From assembly GCA_964607165.1 (NCBI GenBank), contig CAZSIT010000003.1, forward strand, positions 78,384 to 142,383: 64,000 bases of DNA, read 5' to 3'. Shown here one piece after another: positions 1 through 11,111 of the stretch. The translations under genes and the position numbers were made by a program. Under the pieces are notes generated by a model. It searched no databases. It worked only from the letters and a program-made list of their open reading frames with translations, and had not been told where the DNA came from. This stretch comes from an uncultured Ignavibacteria bacterium (GTDB lineage: Bacteria > Zixibacteria > MSB-5A5 > DSPP01). The stretch's first letter is position 1, and each line of letters opens with the position of its first letter.

Positions 1-295
1 AAAATCAGCGCTTTCGCTCAAAGCAAGTGAAGGAAAGTTGCATTTACTGGAGGATTTTGATTTGGAGGTGCCCAGGACCAAAACGATGATGGAGCTTTTC
101 GGCAAAATTGGAGTTGGCAATGATAAGATTCTTTTCCTCTGGGAAGGGAAAAATAATTTGGATAAGTCGAGCCGGAATTTGCGCAACGTGGTTTCGCGAC
201 GGGCGATTTTGGTCAATCCGTATGAACTTTTGTGGGCTGACTCCGTGGTTGTAACCCAATCCGGATACCAAGCGATTGCGGAGACCTTTGTATGA
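1..295 (+). CDS. rplD: 50S ribosomal protein L4 (uL4), C-terminal part; gene begins upstream of window
   Basis: Frame is open from the window edge to TGA 293-295 (..SLKASEGKLHLLEDFDLEVPRTKTMMELF..). ATGA overlap with the next gene. Canonical position before L23. Confidence 0.85.
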   Translation, partial: KSALSLKASEGKLHLLEDFDLEVPRTKTMMELFGKIGVGNDKILFLWEGKNNLDKSSRNLRNVVSRRAILVNPYELLWADSVVVTQSGYQAIAETFV

Positions 296-588
296 AAGAG
301 CCCAAGGAAGTAATCGTGACCCATCTCATCACGGAAAAAGGGGTTTTGCAGAAAGAGAAGGATAACAAGCATCTTTTTCACGTGGCGATGGATGCGAATA
401 AGTTTGATATTAAGCGGGCCGTTGAGCAGCTTTTTAAGGTCAACGTTACTATGGTTGCGACGATGGTGGTACGCGGCAAAACCAAACGGTTTGGTTTCCG
501 CCGCGAAGAAGGGAAGCGGCCGAATTGGAAAAAGGCGGTTGTGACCTTGAAAAAAGGGGAAAAAATAGAGGCCTTTGAGACGTTATAA
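292..588 (+). CDS. rplW: 50S ribosomal protein L23 (uL23)
   Basis: 98 aa, ..[24 protein letters not shown].. is typical of uL23. Order is L4-L23-L2. Confidence 0.95.
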   Translation: MKEPKEVIVTHLITEKGVLQKEKDNKHLFHVAMDANKFDIKRAVEQLFKVNVTMVATMVVRGKTKRFGFRREEGKRPNWKKAVVTLKKGEKIEAFETL

Positions 589-1412
589 TGGCGATTAAGA
601 GTTATAAACCGGTTACCCATACCCTGCGGTTCAGGACGACTTCGACCTTCGAGGAAATTACCAAAACCGTTCCAGAAAAGTCGCTTTTAGAACCTTTGCG
701 CAAAACCGGCGGGCGAACCAACAACGGGCGGATGACCTCGCGTTACATCGGCGGCGGGCACCGCCAGCGGTATCGGCTTATTGATTTCCGCCGCGATAAA
801 CGGGAGATACCGGCAAGGGTGGCGGCCATCGAGTATGATCCCAACCGGACCTGTCGAATCGCGCTTTTACACTATGCCGATGGGGAGAAGCGCTACATTT
901 TAGCCCCGGAAGGATTGGCAGTCGGGCAAACGGTTACGGCAGGGGAGAATGCCGAAATTGCAGTCGGAAACGCGGTGCCTTTGGCCAAACTGCCCTTGGG
1001 AACATTTGTTCACAATGTAGAGTTAAGGGCGGGACGAGGCGGACAGCTGGCGCGTGCGGCCGGGACAATGGTGCAGGTGATGGCCAGGGAAGGAGATTTT
1101 GCTCATCTGCGGCTGCCTTCGGGAGAAATCCGTTTAGTGCGTTCGGAAAACTATGCCACCATCGGCCAGCTCGGCAACATAGACCATGAGAACATTTCCA
1201 TTGGCAAAGCGGGAAGAACCCGCTGGCTGGGGCGGCGCCCCCGCGTTCGTGGCGTAGCGAAAAACCCGATCGACCATCCGATGGGCGGCGGCGAAGGGAA
1301 ATCCTCCGGCGGGCGGCACCCCTGCAGTCCGTGGGGACAGTTAGCCAAGGGGTTAAAGACGCGCAAGAAAAAGAAATTGTCCTCGAAATACATTTTGAGA
1401 AGGCGGAAGTAA
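588..1412 (+). CDS. rplB: 50S ribosomal protein L2 (uL2)
   Basis: 274 aa with [13 protein letters not shown] and [21 protein letters not shown] signatures. Confidence 0.98.
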   Translation: MAIKSYKPVTHTLRFRTTSTFEEITKTVPEKSLLEPLRKTGGRTNNGRMTSRYIGGGHRQRYRLIDFRRDKREIPARVAAIEYDPNRTCRIALLHYADGEKRYILAPEGLAVGQTVTAGENAEIAVGNAVPLAKLPLGTFVHNVELRAGRGGQLARAAGTMVQVMAREGDFAHLRLPSGEIRLVRSENYATIGQLGNIDHENISIGKAGRTRWLGRRPRVRGVAKNPIDHPMGGGEGKSSGGRHPCSPWGQLAKGLKTRKKKKLSSKYILRRRK

Positions 1413-1413
1413 G

Positions 1414-1776
1414 ATGACCCGTTCCCTTAAAAAAGGCCCTTCTATCGATGAGAAGCTTTTGGCAAAAGTTAAAAAATTGGTTGAGTCGAAGACCAAAACG
1501 GTTGTTAAAACTTGGTCGCGGCGTTCGACCATACCGCCCGAGTTTGTAGGACAAACTTTTGCCGTGCATAACGGCAACAAATTTATCCCGGTCTATGTGA
1601 CCGAAAATATGGTGGGCCACAAGTTGGGCGAGTTTGCGCCGACGCGCACTTTTCGTGGGCATTCGGGCAGGTTAGCTAAAGCAGCGGAGACGGCCGCCGT
1701 TCCGACCGGACCAAAAGGAGCACCGGGACAACCTACACCGGCGCCTTCCGGCGAGGCGAAGAAGGGTAAAGAGTAA
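1414..1776 (+). CDS. rpsS: 30S ribosomal protein S19 (uS19) with extended C-terminal tail
   Basis: SLKKGPSID.. and [16 protein letters not shown] signatures. About 30 extra Pro/Ala/Lys-rich residues at the C-terminus. Confidence 0.96.
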   Translation: MTRSLKKGPSIDEKLLAKVKKLVESKTKTVVKTWSRRSTIPPEFVGQTFAVHNGNKFIPVYVTENMVGHKLGEFAPTRTFRGHSGRLAKAAETAAVPTGPKGAPGQPTPAPSGEAKKGKE

Positions 1777-2234
1777 TGGAGGCGGTTGCACGCGCCCGGT
1801 TCGTTCGGATGTCGGCAAGCAAGGTTCGCCGCGTGGCGGAGTTGGTGCGCGGGAAGGTAGTTAACGAAGCGATTGAAATCTTGAATTTCGTCCCAAAAGC
1901 GGCGGCGCTGCCTTTGCAGAAATCTATTAAATCAGCGGCGTCGAACATCTTGGCAGAAGAAGGAACCACCAAGATTCATCCCGAAGATTTGAAGGTAAAA
2001 ACGTTGTTTATAGACGGCGGGCCGATTTGGAAACGCTTTCGGGCTGTGGGTATGGGCCGGGCGTATCGGATTAGAAAAAGGACCTGCCACATCACCGTTG
2101 TTGTCGAAGGGGAACCGCGAGCGGAAACGGCTAAGGTTGCATCATCGGCCAAGGCAAAAGTATCCAAAGCTGAACCGATAACGGACGAAATTCACAAGAA
2201 AGCGGTAAAGAAAGGTAAGAAAGCGGAAGGGTAA
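1776..2234 (+). CDS. rplV: 50S ribosomal protein L22 (uL22) with Lys/Ala-rich tail
   Basis: [21 protein letters not shown].. core. C-terminal ~40 aa are Lys/Ala-rich. Confidence 0.96.
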   Translation: MEAVARARFVRMSASKVRRVAELVRGKVVNEAIEILNFVPKAAALPLQKSIKSAASNILAEEGTTKIHPEDLKVKTLFIDGGPIWKRFRAVGMGRAYRIRKRTCHITVVVEGEPRAETAKVASSAKAKVSKAEPITDEIHKKAVKKGKKAEG

Positions 2235-3049
2235 TGGGACAGAAGGTTCATCCAATCGGGTTGCGGCTGGGAATTATTCGTTCCTGGAGTTCAAAATGGT
2301 TTACCCAGCGGGGGTTTGCCGGTTTGTTGCAGGAAGACCATTTGATTCGGCGTTACACCCACCGCCGGCTGGAGAATGCCGGTATTGCCGAAGTCGAGAT
2401 TCTGCGCTATCCCAAAAAAGTTACCGTGAACATTCACACCTCGCGTCCGGGTATTGTCATCGGGCGCAAGGGGGTGGAGGTGGATAAGCTGAAAGAAGAG
2501 TTGGCGCTTTTGACCAAAAAAGATATCACCATCAACATTGTGGAAGTGAAGCGGCCGGAGCTTTCGGCGAAGTTGACTGCCGATTCGATTGCCCGCCAGC
2601 TGGAGGGGCGAGTTTCCTATCGGCGGGCGATGAAAAAAGCGATTCAGTCGGCAAGAAAGATGGGCGCCGAAGGAATCAAAATCATGTGCGGCGGACGTTT
2701 GGCCGGAGCCGAGATTGCCCGCAGCGAAAAATATATGGAGGGGCGGGTGCCTCTGCATACGCTGCGGGCGGACATCGATTTTGCAACTTCCACAGCCCAC
2801 ACCACCTATGGCACCATTGGAGTAAAGTGTTGGATTTGCCGCGGAGAAATTTTGGACTACGGAACGCGTGATGAGATTTACGCGGCACCCCGCTTCCAGG
2901 AAGAGCCGCGGCGACGCGGCGAACGGAGCGATGGCCGGGAACGGGGCGAACGCGGTTCACCCGGCCGTCCTCCCAGAAGAGGCCCGAGAAGAGAAGATCG
3001 AGTTGTTGAAAAACCAGTGGCAGCAGCCGAAAAGGAAACGAAAAGCTAA
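2234..3049 (+). CDS. rpsC: 30S ribosomal protein S3 (uS3) with Arg/Glu/Pro-rich tail
   Basis: [14 protein letters not shown].. KH-domain core. ~55-aa C-terminal tail ([33 protein letters not shown]..). Confidence 0.97.
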   Translation: MGQKVHPIGLRLGIIRSWSSKWFTQRGFAGLLQEDHLIRRYTHRRLENAGIAEVEILRYPKKVTVNIHTSRPGIVIGRKGVEVDKLKEELALLTKKDITINIVEVKRPELSAKLTADSIARQLEGRVSYRRAMKKAIQSARKMGAEGIKIMCGGRLAGAEIARSEKYMEGRVPLHTLRADIDFATSTAHTTYGTIGVKCWICRGEILDYGTRDEIYAAPRFQEEPRRRGERSDGRERGERGSPGRPPRRGPRREDRVVEKPVAAAEKETKS

Positions 3050-3468
3050 TGCTTTTGCCCAAACGCGTTAAATACCGCAAGCAACAACGCGGCCGTCGGC
3101 GCGGCAAGGCATACCGCGGTTCCACGGTCGCGTTCGGGGAATACGGCCTAAAAGCTTTGGAGGCGGCCTGGATAACCAATAAGCAGATTGAAGCGGCACG
3201 AGTAGCTTTGACCCGTTACATCAAGCGCGGCGGAAAGGTTTGGATTCGGATTTTCCCCGATAAGCCGGTCACCGTCAAGCCGGCGGAAACGCGAATGGGA
3301 AAAGGTAAGGGAAACCCGGAGTACTGGGTGGCGGTCGTCAAGCCGGGCCGGGTGCTTTTTGAATTAGAGGGGGTTTCGTTGGATTTGGCGAAGGAGGCTT
3401 TGGGTTTAGCGGGGCGCAAATTGCCGATTAGGTCGCGCTTTGTTTCGCGGGCGGACACGGGAGCGTAA
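3049..3468 (+). CDS. rplP: 50S ribosomal protein L16 (uL16)
   Basis: [19 protein letters not shown].. signature; 139 aa. Confidence 0.98.
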   Translation: MLLPKRVKYRKQQRGRRRGKAYRGSTVAFGEYGLKALEAAWITNKQIEAARVALTRYIKRGGKVWIRIFPDKPVTVKPAETRMGKGKGNPEYWVAVVKPGRVLFELEGVSLDLAKEALGLAGRKLPIRSRFVSRADTGA

Positions 3469-3728
3469 TGGAAAAGTTGGAACGGTTGCGGGAATTGACC
3501 CGCGAGGAATTGCTGCAGAAAATAACGGATTATAAGGACGAACTTTTTAATCTACGGCTCTCGCGCGCAACCAAAGATTTAGACAATCCGATACGGTTGC
3601 GAACGTTACACCGGGAGATTGCCAAAATAAAGACGGTTCTGCGCGAGGATGAATTGAAAATCCGTCAATTAGCCGAGGAGCGCTCGCCTGCTGGTGCCTC
3701 GCCGGCCGAAAAGGAAAAGAAAAGTTAG
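3468..3728 (+). CDS. rpmC: 50S ribosomal protein L29 (uL29)
   Basis: REELLQKITDYKDELFNLRL core plus ~20-aa tail. Canonical position. Confidence 0.93.
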   Translation: MEKLERLRELTREELLQKITDYKDELFNLRLSRATKDLDNPIRLRTLHREIAKIKTVLREDELKIRQLAEERSPAGASPAEKEKKS

Positions 3729-3731
3729 TGT

Positions 3732-3995
3732 ATGACAGAAAAAATTGAACGGAACGAAAGAAAAACCCGGGTGGGGACGGTGCTTTCCGCAAAAATGCTG
3801 AAAACCGTGGTGGTCGGCGTATCGCAAACTTTTCGCCATCCGGTATATGGAAAAGTAATTAAACGCACGGCCAAGATGTACGCCCATGATCTGCTCGGCG
3901 CCAAGGAAGGCGACCGTGTCTTAATCGTCGAGACGCGGCCCTTCTCCCGTTTAAAGCGCTGGCGGGTGGCGGAGGTTTTGGAGCGGGCGAAATGA
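3732..3995 (+). CDS. rpsQ: 30S ribosomal protein S17 (uS17)
   Basis: [25 protein letters not shown].. is typical of uS17. Confidence 0.95.
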   Translation: MTEKIERNERKTRVGTVLSAKMLKTVVVGVSQTFRHPVYGKVIKRTAKMYAHDLLGAKEGDRVLIVETRPFSRLKRWRVAEVLERAK

Positions 3996-4360
3996 TTCAG
4001 GAGTACACCCGTTTAACCGTGGCGGACAATTCGGGAGCGCGGATTTTGATGTGTTTTAGAATTTTGGGGCATTCCGGGCAGCGCTATGCCCGCATCGGCG
4101 ATATCATCGTGGGAACCGTCAAGGAAGCGATTGCCGGCGCTCCGGTGAAAAAAGCGGATATCGTCAAAGCGGTGGTGGTGCGCACGACGCGAGAGACCCG
4201 CCGCAAAGACGGTTCTTATATCCGTTTTGCAGACAATGCCGCAGTTCTAATCGATGAGCAGAAAGAGCCGCGCGGGACGCGCATTTTTGGACCGGTGGCG
4301 CGGGAGCTGCGCGATAAACAGTTTACCAAAATTATTTCGCTAGCGCCGGAAGTGTTGTAA
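3992..4360 (+). CDS. rplN: 50S ribosomal protein L14 (uL14)
   Basis: [17 protein letters not shown].. 122 aa. Confidence 0.98.
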   Translation: MIQEYTRLTVADNSGARILMCFRILGHSGQRYARIGDIIVGTVKEAIAGAPVKKADIVKAVVVRTTRETRRKDGSYIRFADNAAVLIDEQKEPRGTRIFGPVARELRDKQFTKIISLAPEVL

Positions 4361-4361
4361 A

Positions 4362-4685
4362 ATGCGAGTGAAAAAAGGAGACATCGTCAAGGTCCTGACC
4401 GGCGCAGACCGGGGCAAGACCGGAAAAATTTTGAAGGTTTTCCCGGAGAAGCTCCGGGTGGTGGTGGAGGGCACAACTTTAATCAAGCGCCACACCCGCC
4501 CGAGCCAGAGAAACCCGAAGGGCGGAATTGTGCAGCGGGAGCGCTCGATGGCGATTTCCAACGTGCGTTTGGTATGCCCCAAATGTTCCCAACCAACCCG
4601 CATCGGAACGCGGCGTTCGGAAAAGTCGGAAATCGGGCATTCCGACCGGGTAAGAATTTGTAAGAAATGTGGAGAGATGATTTAA
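4362..4685 (+). CDS. rplX: 50S ribosomal protein L24 (uL24), variant with CxxC..CxxC C-terminal segment
   Basis: KOW motif [24 protein letters not shown]-terminus has CPKC...CKKC. Confidence 0.95.
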   Translation: MRVKKGDIVKVLTGADRGKTGKILKVFPEKLRVVVEGTTLIKRHTRPSQRNPKGGIVQRERSMAISNVRLVCPKCSQPTRIGTRRSEKSEIGHSDRVRICKKCGEMI

Positions 4686-4732
4686 TGATTCAATCGTCCG
4701 ATGCGACTTGCCTTAAACGGAGTTTAGCCTAA

Positions 4733-5410
4733 ATGGCGGAAGAAAAGAAAAAACAGCCGGCGCCGGCCAAGCCGCCTAAAAAAGAGCAGAGGATTCAGAA
4801 AGAAGCGAAAGCGGAAGGGCCCAAGGAGAAAGCCCCCCCCCGGCAACGCATAATTCCGCGTCTTTTGACCCAGTATCGCAGCCGGGTAGTTCCGGCCCTT
4901 TCTTCGCGTTTTGGCTATACTAACGCCTTAGAAGTTCCGCGGCTGATCAAGATAGTTTTGAACGTTGGTTTAGGCGAGGCCATCGCCAATGCCAAGGCTT
5001 TGGATACAGCCACGGCCGACCTTTCCGCCATTACCGGACGCAAACCAGCTGTCCGCCGCGCGAAGAAATCGATATCGAATTTCAAATTGAGAATGGGTGT
5101 CCCCATTGGTCTTATGGTGACGTTGCGGGGAGACACGATGTATGAGTTTTTTGACCGGCTGGTGAACGTGGCCGTGCCGCGCATTCGCGACTTTCGAGGT
5201 TTGCCGGCGGACGGGTTTGACGGGCGGGGAAACTACACGCTCGGTTTGAAAGAGCAGATAATTTTCCCGGAAATCGATTATGACAAGGTGGAGAAAATCA
5301 GGGGTATGAATGTTACTTTGGTTACTACCGCTTCCTCCGATGAGGAAGGTTTTGAGTTGTTGAAAGAGATGGGGATGCCATTTACATCCGCCGGCGGAGG
5401 AAGAAATTAG
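4733..5410 (+). CDS. rplE: 50S ribosomal protein L5 (uL5) with Lys/Pro-rich N-terminal extension
   Basis: Core from ..[21 protein letters not shown].. to ..[11 protein letters not shown]... About 45 extra N-terminal residues ([19 protein letters not shown]..). An internal start cannot be excluded. Confidence 0.93.
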   Translation: MAEEKKKQPAPAKPPKKEQRIQKEAKAEGPKEKAPPRQRIIPRLLTQYRSRVVPALSSRFGYTNALEVPRLIKIVLNVGLGEAIANAKALDTATADLSAITGRKPAVRRAKKSISNFKLRMGVPIGLMVTLRGDTMYEFFDRLVNVAVPRIRDFRGLPADGFDGRGNYTLGLKEQIIFPEIDYDKVEKIRGMNVTLVTTASSDEEGFELLKEMGMPFTSAGGGRN

Positions 5411-5596
5411 ATGGCCCGTACCTGTATGATTGAAAAAAACAAGCGGACACCCAAGTTCAAAGTCCGCCAGCACAACCGCTGCTGGCGCTGCGGGCGGCCG
5501 CGGGCGTTTCTTCGCAAATTTGGCATCTGCCGCATCTGTTTTAGGCAGATGGCCTTGTCCGGGGAGATTCCGGGCGTGGTGAAAGCGAGTTGGTGA
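5411..5596 (+). CDS. rpsN: 30S ribosomal protein S14 type Z (zinc-binding form)
   Basis: 61 aa with CWRC..CRIC and the ending ..[11 protein letters not shown]. Confidence 0.96.
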   Translation: MARTCMIEKNKRTPKFKVRQHNRCWRCGRPRAFLRKFGICRICFRQMALSGEIPGVVKASW

Positions 5597-5597
5597 A

Positions 5598-5990
5598 ATG
5601 CTGACCGACCCAATTGCCGATATGCTGGCGCGGGTGCGCAACGCCTCCAAGGCGCGCCATCCGCGGGTGGAGTTCCCATACTCTCGAGTGAAAGAAGATG
5701 TCTTAAAAGTTCTGTATGAACACCGCTTTATCCGCGGTTTCGCCCGCTTGGGGGATAAAAAGCCGGTGCTGCGGGTGGCCTTGCGCTATGGCCGGGATGA
5801 GATGCCGATGATTACCGGTCTTAGGCGGATTTCCACGCCCGGACGGCGCGTCTATGCCGACCGCGAGCGGTTGGTAAATTATGGACGGCGGTTGGGCATT
5901 ACCGTAGTTTCCACTTCTAAAGGAGTTTTGCCCCATACGGAAGCGTTAAAACAGGGTGTGGGGGGAGAGATTTTATTTCAGGTTTGGTGA
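5598..5990 (+). CDS. rpsH: 30S ribosomal protein S8 (uS8)
   Basis: [16 protein letters not shown].. 130 aa. Confidence 0.98.
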   Translation: MLTDPIADMLARVRNASKARHPRVEFPYSRVKEDVLKVLYEHRFIRGFARLGDKKPVLRVALRYGRDEMPMITGLRRISTPGRRVYADRERLVNYGRRLGITVVSTSKGVLPHTEALKQGVGGEILFQVW

Positions 5991-5991
5991 T

Positions 5992-6528
5992 ATGTCGCGA
6001 ATAGGAAAGTTGCCGGTTCAGATTCCACGGGGCGTTACCGTTACCCTGGCGGGAGGTGCCGTAACGGTAAAGGGGCCGAAAGGAACCTTAACCAGATCCA
6101 TTCGGCCGGAAGTAACTATCGATCAGGCGGAGGGGAGTTTAGCGGTCAAACGTAACGGCGAAAGCCGCTTTCATCGGAGTGTCCACGGTTTGACGCGCGC
6201 ACTTTTGGCCAATATGGTCACGGGTGTAACCAAAGAATTTGCCAAGGTTCTGATTATTATAGGTGTTGGATATCGCGCCGAGGCTGTCGGCAAACTGGTT
6301 AGTTTTGCTTTAGGGTATTCCCATCCAATCTTAATACGGCCGCCGGAGGGAGTGAAAATAACGGTGGAAAACCAGACCCGGGTTGTCGTTTCCGGGCCGG
6401 ATAAAGAATTGGTCGGAGAAACAGCGGCGAAAATTCGAGCGTTTCGCCCCCCGGAGCCGTACAAAGGCAAGGGTATTCAGTACGAAGGTGAAATAATTCG
6501 GAGAAAAGCTGGAAAGACGGCGGCGTAG
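5992..6528 (+). CDS. rplF: 50S ribosomal protein L6 (uL6)
   Basis: MSRIGKLPVQIPRGVTV... I chose ATG 5992 rather than the track start 5956, which would overlap rpsH by 35 nt. Confidence 0.96.
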   Translation: MSRIGKLPVQIPRGVTVTLAGGAVTVKGPKGTLTRSIRPEVTIDQAEGSLAVKRNGESRFHRSVHGLTRALLANMVTGVTKEFAKVLIIIGVGYRAEAVGKLVSFALGYSHPILIRPPEGVKITVENQTRVVVSGPDKELVGETAAKIRAFRPPEPYKGKGIQYEGEIIRRKAGKTAA

Positions 6529-6530
6529 CT

Positions 6531-6908
6531 ATGGCGGAAGGAAGCAAATTTTTACAACAGAAAGCGGAACGAAAGAAAAGCCGGGTGCGGGCCCGTATTG
6601 TCGGCACGCCGGAAAAACCGCGGCTTTCGGTCTTCCGCAGCCTGAAGGAACTCTACGTTCAATTAGTGGACGACTTGAGCGGTAAAACCATTACCGGGCT
6701 TTCGACTCTTTCGCCCGCCGTTAGGGAAAAATTGACAAGCTCCAAGCATACCAAAAGCGAGGAAGCTAAACTGTTGGGTAAGATTTTTGCCGAAGCCGCC
6801 AAAGCCAAAGGGATTGAAAAAGTTGTTTTTGACCGGAACCGCTATCTGTATCACGGCCGGGTGAAGTCATTGGCGGACGGAGCGCGGGAAGGAGGACTCA
6901 AGTTTTGA
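6531..6908 (+). CDS. rplR: 50S ribosomal protein L18 (uL18)
   Basis: ..[18 protein letters not shown].. and ..[26 protein letters not shown]. Confidence 0.96.
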   Translation: MAEGSKFLQQKAERKKSRVRARIVGTPEKPRLSVFRSLKELYVQLVDDLSGKTITGLSTLSPAVREKLTSSKHTKSEEAKLLGKIFAEAAKAKGIEKVVFDRNRYLYHGRVKSLADGAREGGLKF

Positions 6909-7432
6909 AACCGAGAAGAGAGCGGGCAAGAGAGTCGGAGTTCGCTGGTGAAGGGCTCGATTTTGAAGAGCGCGTTATTCACATCAACCGTGTTGCGAAG
7001 GTGGTGAAGGGCGGAAGAAGGTTTTCTTTTACCGCGCTAGTTGCGGTTGGGGACAAAAAGGGACAGGTTGGCGTTGGTTTAGGCAAGGCCGGCGAGGTGG
7101 CGGATGCCATCCGAAAGGGACACGAGGCGGCGCGCAAGGGAATGTTGAAAGTTCCTTTGGCCGAAGGAACCCTGCCGCACGAGATCTTGGGAATATTCGG
7201 TTCGGCTAAGGTGCTTTTACGGCCGGCATCACCGGGAACCGGTGTGATTGCCGGCGGTCCGGTTCGGGCCGTGTTGGAAGTGGCCGGCGTGCAGGACATT
7301 TTGACCAAGTCGCTCGGTTCGGCCAATCCTCACAACGTGGTAAAAGCGACTTTACAAGGATTGAAAGATATGATTGCATTCGTTGAAAAATCAAAAATAA
7401 AAGATGTCGAGGAGGCAACCGATGGCCGGTAA
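6905..7432 (+). CDS. rpsE: 30S ribosomal protein S5 (uS5)
   Basis: ..[27 protein letters not shown]... TTG start overlaps the rplR stop. Confidence 0.95.
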   Translation: MKPRRERARESEFAGEGLDFEERVIHINRVAKVVKGGRRFSFTALVAVGDKKGQVGVGLGKAGEVADAIRKGHEAARKGMLKVPLAEGTLPHEILGIFGSAKVLLRPASPGTGVIAGGPVRAVLEVAGVQDILTKSLGSANPHNVVKATLQGLKDMIAFVEKSKIKDVEEATDGR

Positions 7433-7604
7433 GCTAAAAATTACCTTGAGGCGCAGCTTATCCGGCCAGATTGAACCGCACAGGCGGATAGTAAAGGCCT
7501 TAGGATTGCGCCGTATCCGGCATTCGGTAGTGCGCAGCGATTCCCCGCAAATTAGGGGAATGGTGGAGTCGATTCGCCACCTGGTGACGGTGGAGAAAGA
7601 GTAG
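7422..7604 (+). CDS. rpmD: 50S ribosomal protein L30 (uL30)
   Basis: [15 protein letters not shown]... ATG 7422 is preceded by GAGGAGG (7409-7415). The track start 7404 is less likely. Confidence 0.9.
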   Translation: MAGKLKITLRRSLSGQIEPHRRIVKALGLRRIRHSVVRSDSPQIRGMVESIRHLVTVEKE

Positions 7605-8051
7605 ATGAAACTTTCCGAATTACATCCGGCCAAAGGCTCCCTTAAAAACCGCAAGCGAGTCGGACGTGGGCCCGGCTCCGGCCAAGGGAAAACGTCCGGA
7701 CGCGGACACAAAGGACAGCTGGCGCGTTCGGGGGGGCATTCCAAGCCCTACAGCGAAGGCGGGCAGATGCCCCTGCAGCGGCGAGTGCCCAAGCGGGGTT
7801 TTAGAGCGTTTGACAAAAAAGTTTATCAGGTGGTAAATCTTTCCGACTTGGCGCGCTTGAAAAATCTGGAGTCGGTAAATCCGTTGGCCTTGCAAAACGC
7901 CGGCTTAATTCGGCGGGCTGATTTTCCGGTTAAAATTTTAGGGGACGGCGAAGCTTTAGCCAATCTCACCGTTCTGGCACATGCTTTTTCCCGTGCGGCC
8001 AAAGAAAAAATCGAGGCCAAAGGGGGAAAGGTAGTCGTTCTGAATGCTTAG
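7605..8051 (+). CDS. rplO: 50S ribosomal protein L15 (uL15)
   Basis: MKLSELHPAKGSLKNRKRVGRGPGSGQGKTSGRGHKGQ.. Confidence 0.97.
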   Translation: MKLSELHPAKGSLKNRKRVGRGPGSGQGKTSGRGHKGQLARSGGHSKPYSEGGQMPLQRRVPKRGFRAFDKKVYQVVNLSDLARLKNLESVNPLALQNAGLIRRADFPVKILGDGEALANLTVLAHAFSRAAKEKIEAKGGKVVVLNA

Positions 8052-9363
8052 CGCCGTAGGCTCGATTTTCAAAATTAAAGAGCTGCGCGACCGTTTGCTG
8101 TTCACGGTGGCCCTGTTAGTCGTTTACCGCATCGGCGGGCATATTCCGGCACCCGGCATCGATTCTACCGCGTTGAGCCAGTTTTTTGCATCCGGTGGGG
8201 GGGGCGGGCTTTTCGGCCTGTACGATCTTTTTGTTGGCGGTTCGTTCATCAAGATGTCGATTTTCGCTCTGGGAATTATGCCCTATATCTCTTCTTCCAT
8301 CATTATGCAGTTGATGACCGCAGTGGTTCCGTACTTCCAGCGCTTGCAAAAAGAGGGAGAAGAAGGGCGGAAGAAAATTGTCCAGTACAGCCGTTACGGC
8401 ACGGTGCTTTTGGGGGCGGCCCAATCGGCCGGAACAGCCCAGTGGCTGGCCGCACAGACGGCGGGGGGAATACCCATTGTTCCCTACCCCGGCCTGGGTT
8501 TTACCTTGGTAACCATGCTCACCTTTACAGCCGGCACGATTTTCATTATGTGGCTGGGGGAGCAGATTACGGACAAAGGTATCGGGAACGGAATTTCGCT
8601 AATCATTTTCATCGGCATCGTGGCACGCTTTTTCCCGGGCATTATTCAGGAAGTGGAAGAACTTTTTGCCGGGAGGCGGAATCTCTTTTCGGAACTGCTT
8701 TTGGTCTTGGTTATGGTGGCTATGGTGGCGGCGGTGGTGTTGGTAACGCGCGCCCAGCGCAGAATTCCGGTGCAGTACGCCAAGCGGGTGGTCGGGCGGA
8801 AAATCTATGGCGGGCAGTCCACCCATATTCCACTCTCCGTGAACACGGCCGGTATCATCCCGATTATTTTTGCCCAGTCGATTATGTTTGCGCCCTCCAC
8901 CTTGGCGTCTTTTATCCCGATCAGCGGACTGGTGGATGTAGTAAATGCCATTTTTGATCCGGGTGGGGTTTTGTATTCTATGATTTACGGGTTACTCATC
9001 GTCTTTTTCGCCTATTTCTATACGGCAATAGTTTTTAATCCCATCGATTTGGCGGACAATATGCGCAAAGGAGGCGGATTTATTCCCGGCATCCGCCCCG
9101 GAAAGAAGACTTCGGAGTATATTGACCGCGTTTTAACCCGGATAACACTGCCGGGAGCCATATTTTTTGCACTAATTGCCATCGTTCCTCAAATTCTCAT
9201 CCGTCAGTTTGGAATAACCTTTTATTTTGGTGGAACCTCCATCCTTATCGTGGTGGGCGTTGCTTTAGACACTTTGCAGCAGATTGAATCGCATCTTCTG
9301 ATGCGCCACTACGAAGGGTTTATGAAGAAGGGAAGAATCCGGGGACGGAGTTTGGTCGGTTAA
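8044..9363 (+). CDS. secY: Preprotein translocase subunit SecY
   Basis: 439 aa, multi-TM, ..LRDRLLFTVALLVVYRIGGHIPAPGID.. Canonical position after L15. Confidence 0.97.
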   Translation: MLSAVGSIFKIKELRDRLLFTVALLVVYRIGGHIPAPGIDSTALSQFFASGGGGGLFGLYDLFVGGSFIKMSIFALGIMPYISSSIIMQLMTAVVPYFQRLQKEGEEGRKKIVQYSRYGTVLLGAAQSAGTAQWLAAQTAGGIPIVPYPGLGFTLVTMLTFTAGTIFIMWLGEQITDKGIGNGISLIIFIGIVARFFPGIIQEVEELFAGRRNLFSELLLVLVMVAMVAAVVLVTRAQRRIPVQYAKRVVGRKIYGGQSTHIPLSVNTAGIIPIIFAQSIMFAPSTLASFIPISGLVDVVNAIFDPGGVLYSMIYGLLIVFFAYFYTAIVFNPIDLADNMRKGGGFIPGIRPGKKTSEYIDRVLTRITLPGAIFFALIAIVPQILIRQFGITFYFGGTSILIVVGVALDTLQQIESHLLMRHYEGFMKKGRIRGRSLVG

Positions 9364-10028
9364 TGCAGGCGGTGCTGTTGGGCCCGCCCGGAAGCGGTAA
9401 AGGGACGCAGGCGGTGGAACTTTCCTCCCGCTTGGTTTTTTTTCATTTGGCTACCGGCGACATTTTGCGCCAGGAAGTGAAAAACCAAACCTCTTTAGGC
9501 CAAGAAGCCAAAGCTTTTATGGAGAAAGGGGAGTTGGTCCCGGATAAATTAATTTTAGCGATGGTTTCTTCGCGGTTGGAGTCTGGCCGAGACTATCTGT
9601 GGGATGGTTTTCCGCGCACCGAAGAGCAGGCGGTAGGCCTGGATGCCCTTTTGGCGGTGCGCAGTTCGGTTGTTGATATCGCCGTATTATTGGAAGTTTC
9701 AGATGAAGTCATAGTGGAGCGAATCTCGGGCAGAATGTTTTGTCCTGGATGCGGGGCCAATTATCACCGCCAGTCCAAACCGCCCAAAAAAGCGGGAATC
9801 TGCGACCAATGCGCCAAAGGTCTACAGGTTCGGCCCGACGACCGGGCTGAAGTAGTGGAGAATCGGTTGCGCGTGTACCGGGAACGGACCGAGCCTTTGG
9901 TATTGTTTTATGAAAAAAAAGGGATTTTGGCTCGGGTGGATGGGAATCGGGATCCGCAGGCGGTCACGGCTGATTTGGCAACCCTCCTGGAGAAAGTTCG
10001 CCGGGGACAAAAAGCCTTGAATGGTTGA
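9363..10028 (+). CDS. adk: Adenylate kinase (Cys4 zinc-lid type)
   Basis: P-loop GPPGSGKGTQA. Lid has CPGC...CDQC. Confidence 0.96.
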   Translation: MQAVLLGPPGSGKGTQAVELSSRLVFFHLATGDILRQEVKNQTSLGQEAKAFMEKGELVPDKLILAMVSSRLESGRDYLWDGFPRTEEQAVGLDALLAVRSSVVDIAVLLEVSDEVIVERISGRMFCPGCGANYHRQSKPPKKAGICDQCAKGLQVRPDDRAEVVENRLRVYRERTEPLVLFYEKKGILARVDGNRDPQAVTADLATLLEKVRRGQKALNG

Positions 10029-10767
10029 ATTGAAATCGAAACGGGAAATAGAAATTATGCGGGAATCGGGACGAATCGTGGCGGAAACTTTGGAGACGCT
10101 CAAAGAGAAAGTGAAGCCCGGAATTAAAACCAAAGAACTCGACCGTTTGGCCGATGAGTTCATCCGCAAGCGGGGCGGAGTGCCGGCTTTCAAGGGCTAC
10201 AGAGGGTATCCGGCTTCCATATGCGTCTCGATTGACGAAGAGGTGGTGCACGGAATCCCGGGGGAACGTGAAATCCGGGAAGGTCAGATTGTTTCCCTTG
10301 ACGTAGGGGTTTTGAAAGACGGTTATTATGCGGACGGGGCAAGCTCCGTGGCGGTCGGCGAGGTGTCGGAAAACTTGTCAAAACTCTTGCGGGTAACGGA
10401 AGAAGCATTATATTTGGGGGTTGACTTTTTCCGGGTGGGAAACCGCCTGGGGGATGTATCCTCCGCCGTGGAGCATAAAGCGGAGGAAAATAGTTTTTCG
10501 GTGGTGCGCGAGTTGGTCGGCCACGGCATCGGCCGCCAAATGCACGAAGAACCGGCTGTTCCAAATTACGGAAATCCGAATTCCGGGATGGCGATTAAGC
10601 CCGGTCTGGTTATAGCGATTGAGCCTATGGTCAACGTGGGTGATTGGCCGGTGGAAATAAAATCGGACGGCTGGACCATGGTTACCAGGGATGGCTCGTT
10701 TTCGGCGCATTTTGAGCATACCGTTGCGGCAACCGAAGAAGGACCTTTGGTTTTAACCAAAGTATAG
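10021..10767 (+). CDS. map: Type I methionine aminopeptidase
   Basis: ..VHGIPG.., ..SLDVG.., ..[12 protein letters not shown].., ..IEPM.., ..FEHTV.. metal-ligand blocks. Confidence 0.96.
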   Translation: MVELKSKREIEIMRESGRIVAETLETLKEKVKPGIKTKELDRLADEFIRKRGGVPAFKGYRGYPASICVSIDEEVVHGIPGEREIREGQIVSLDVGVLKDGYYADGASSVAVGEVSENLSKLLRVTEEALYLGVDFFRVGNRLGDVSSAVEHKAEENSFSVVRELVGHGIGRQMHEEPAVPNYGNPNSGMAIKPGLVIAIEPMVNVGDWPVEIKSDGWTMVTRDGSFSAHFEHTVAATEEGPLVLTKV

Positions 10768-10768
10768 G

Positions 10769-10987
10769 ATGGCAAAAGAGGATACCATACAGGTAGAAGG
10801 AAAGGTTTTGGAGCCTTTACCGAACGCAATGTTTAAAGTGGAACTGGACAACGGACATCAGGTTTTGGCCCATATTTCGGGCAAGATGCGGATGCATTTC
10901 ATCCGGATTCTGCCGGGAGATAAAGTTACCGTGGAGCTTTCGCCCTACGATTTGACCCGGGGGCGGATTGTGTATCGGTACAAGTGA
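10769..10987 (+). CDS. infA: Translation initiation factor IF-1
   Basis: 72 aa, [30 protein letters not shown].. Confidence 0.98.
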   Translation: MAKEDTIQVEGKVLEPLPNAMFKVELDNGHQVLAHISGKMRMHFIRILPGDKVTVELSPYDLTRGRIVYRYK

Positions 10988-10994
10988 GAGAAAA

Positions 10995-11108
10995 ATGAAA
11001 ATACGTTCATCCATAAAAAAGCGCTGTGAAAACTGCAAAATCATCCGCCGCAAAGGGAATTTGGTGGTGATTTGCAAAAATCCGCGCCACAAACAGAGAC
11101 AGGGTTAA
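10995..11108 (+). CDS. rpmJ: 50S ribosomal protein L36 (bL36), zinc-ribbon form; absent from ORF track (<60 aa)
   Basis: Hand translation gives [37 protein letters not shown]. Canonical infA-rpmJ-rpsM position. Confidence 0.95.
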   Translation: MKIRSSIKKRCENCKIIRRKGNLVVICKNPRHKQRQG

Positions 11109-11111
11109 ACT

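Noticed and set aside
934-1662. 242-aa minus-strand ORF, and many other 60-170-aa ORFs antisense to or out of frame with ribosomal protein genes (e.g. 2291-2800, 2682-3179, 4970-5650, 8442-8957, 11548-11979).
   Set aside because: They lie entirely inside genes whose products are unmistakable r-proteins or SecY. Their Arg/Pro/Gly-rich composition is typical of shadow frames.
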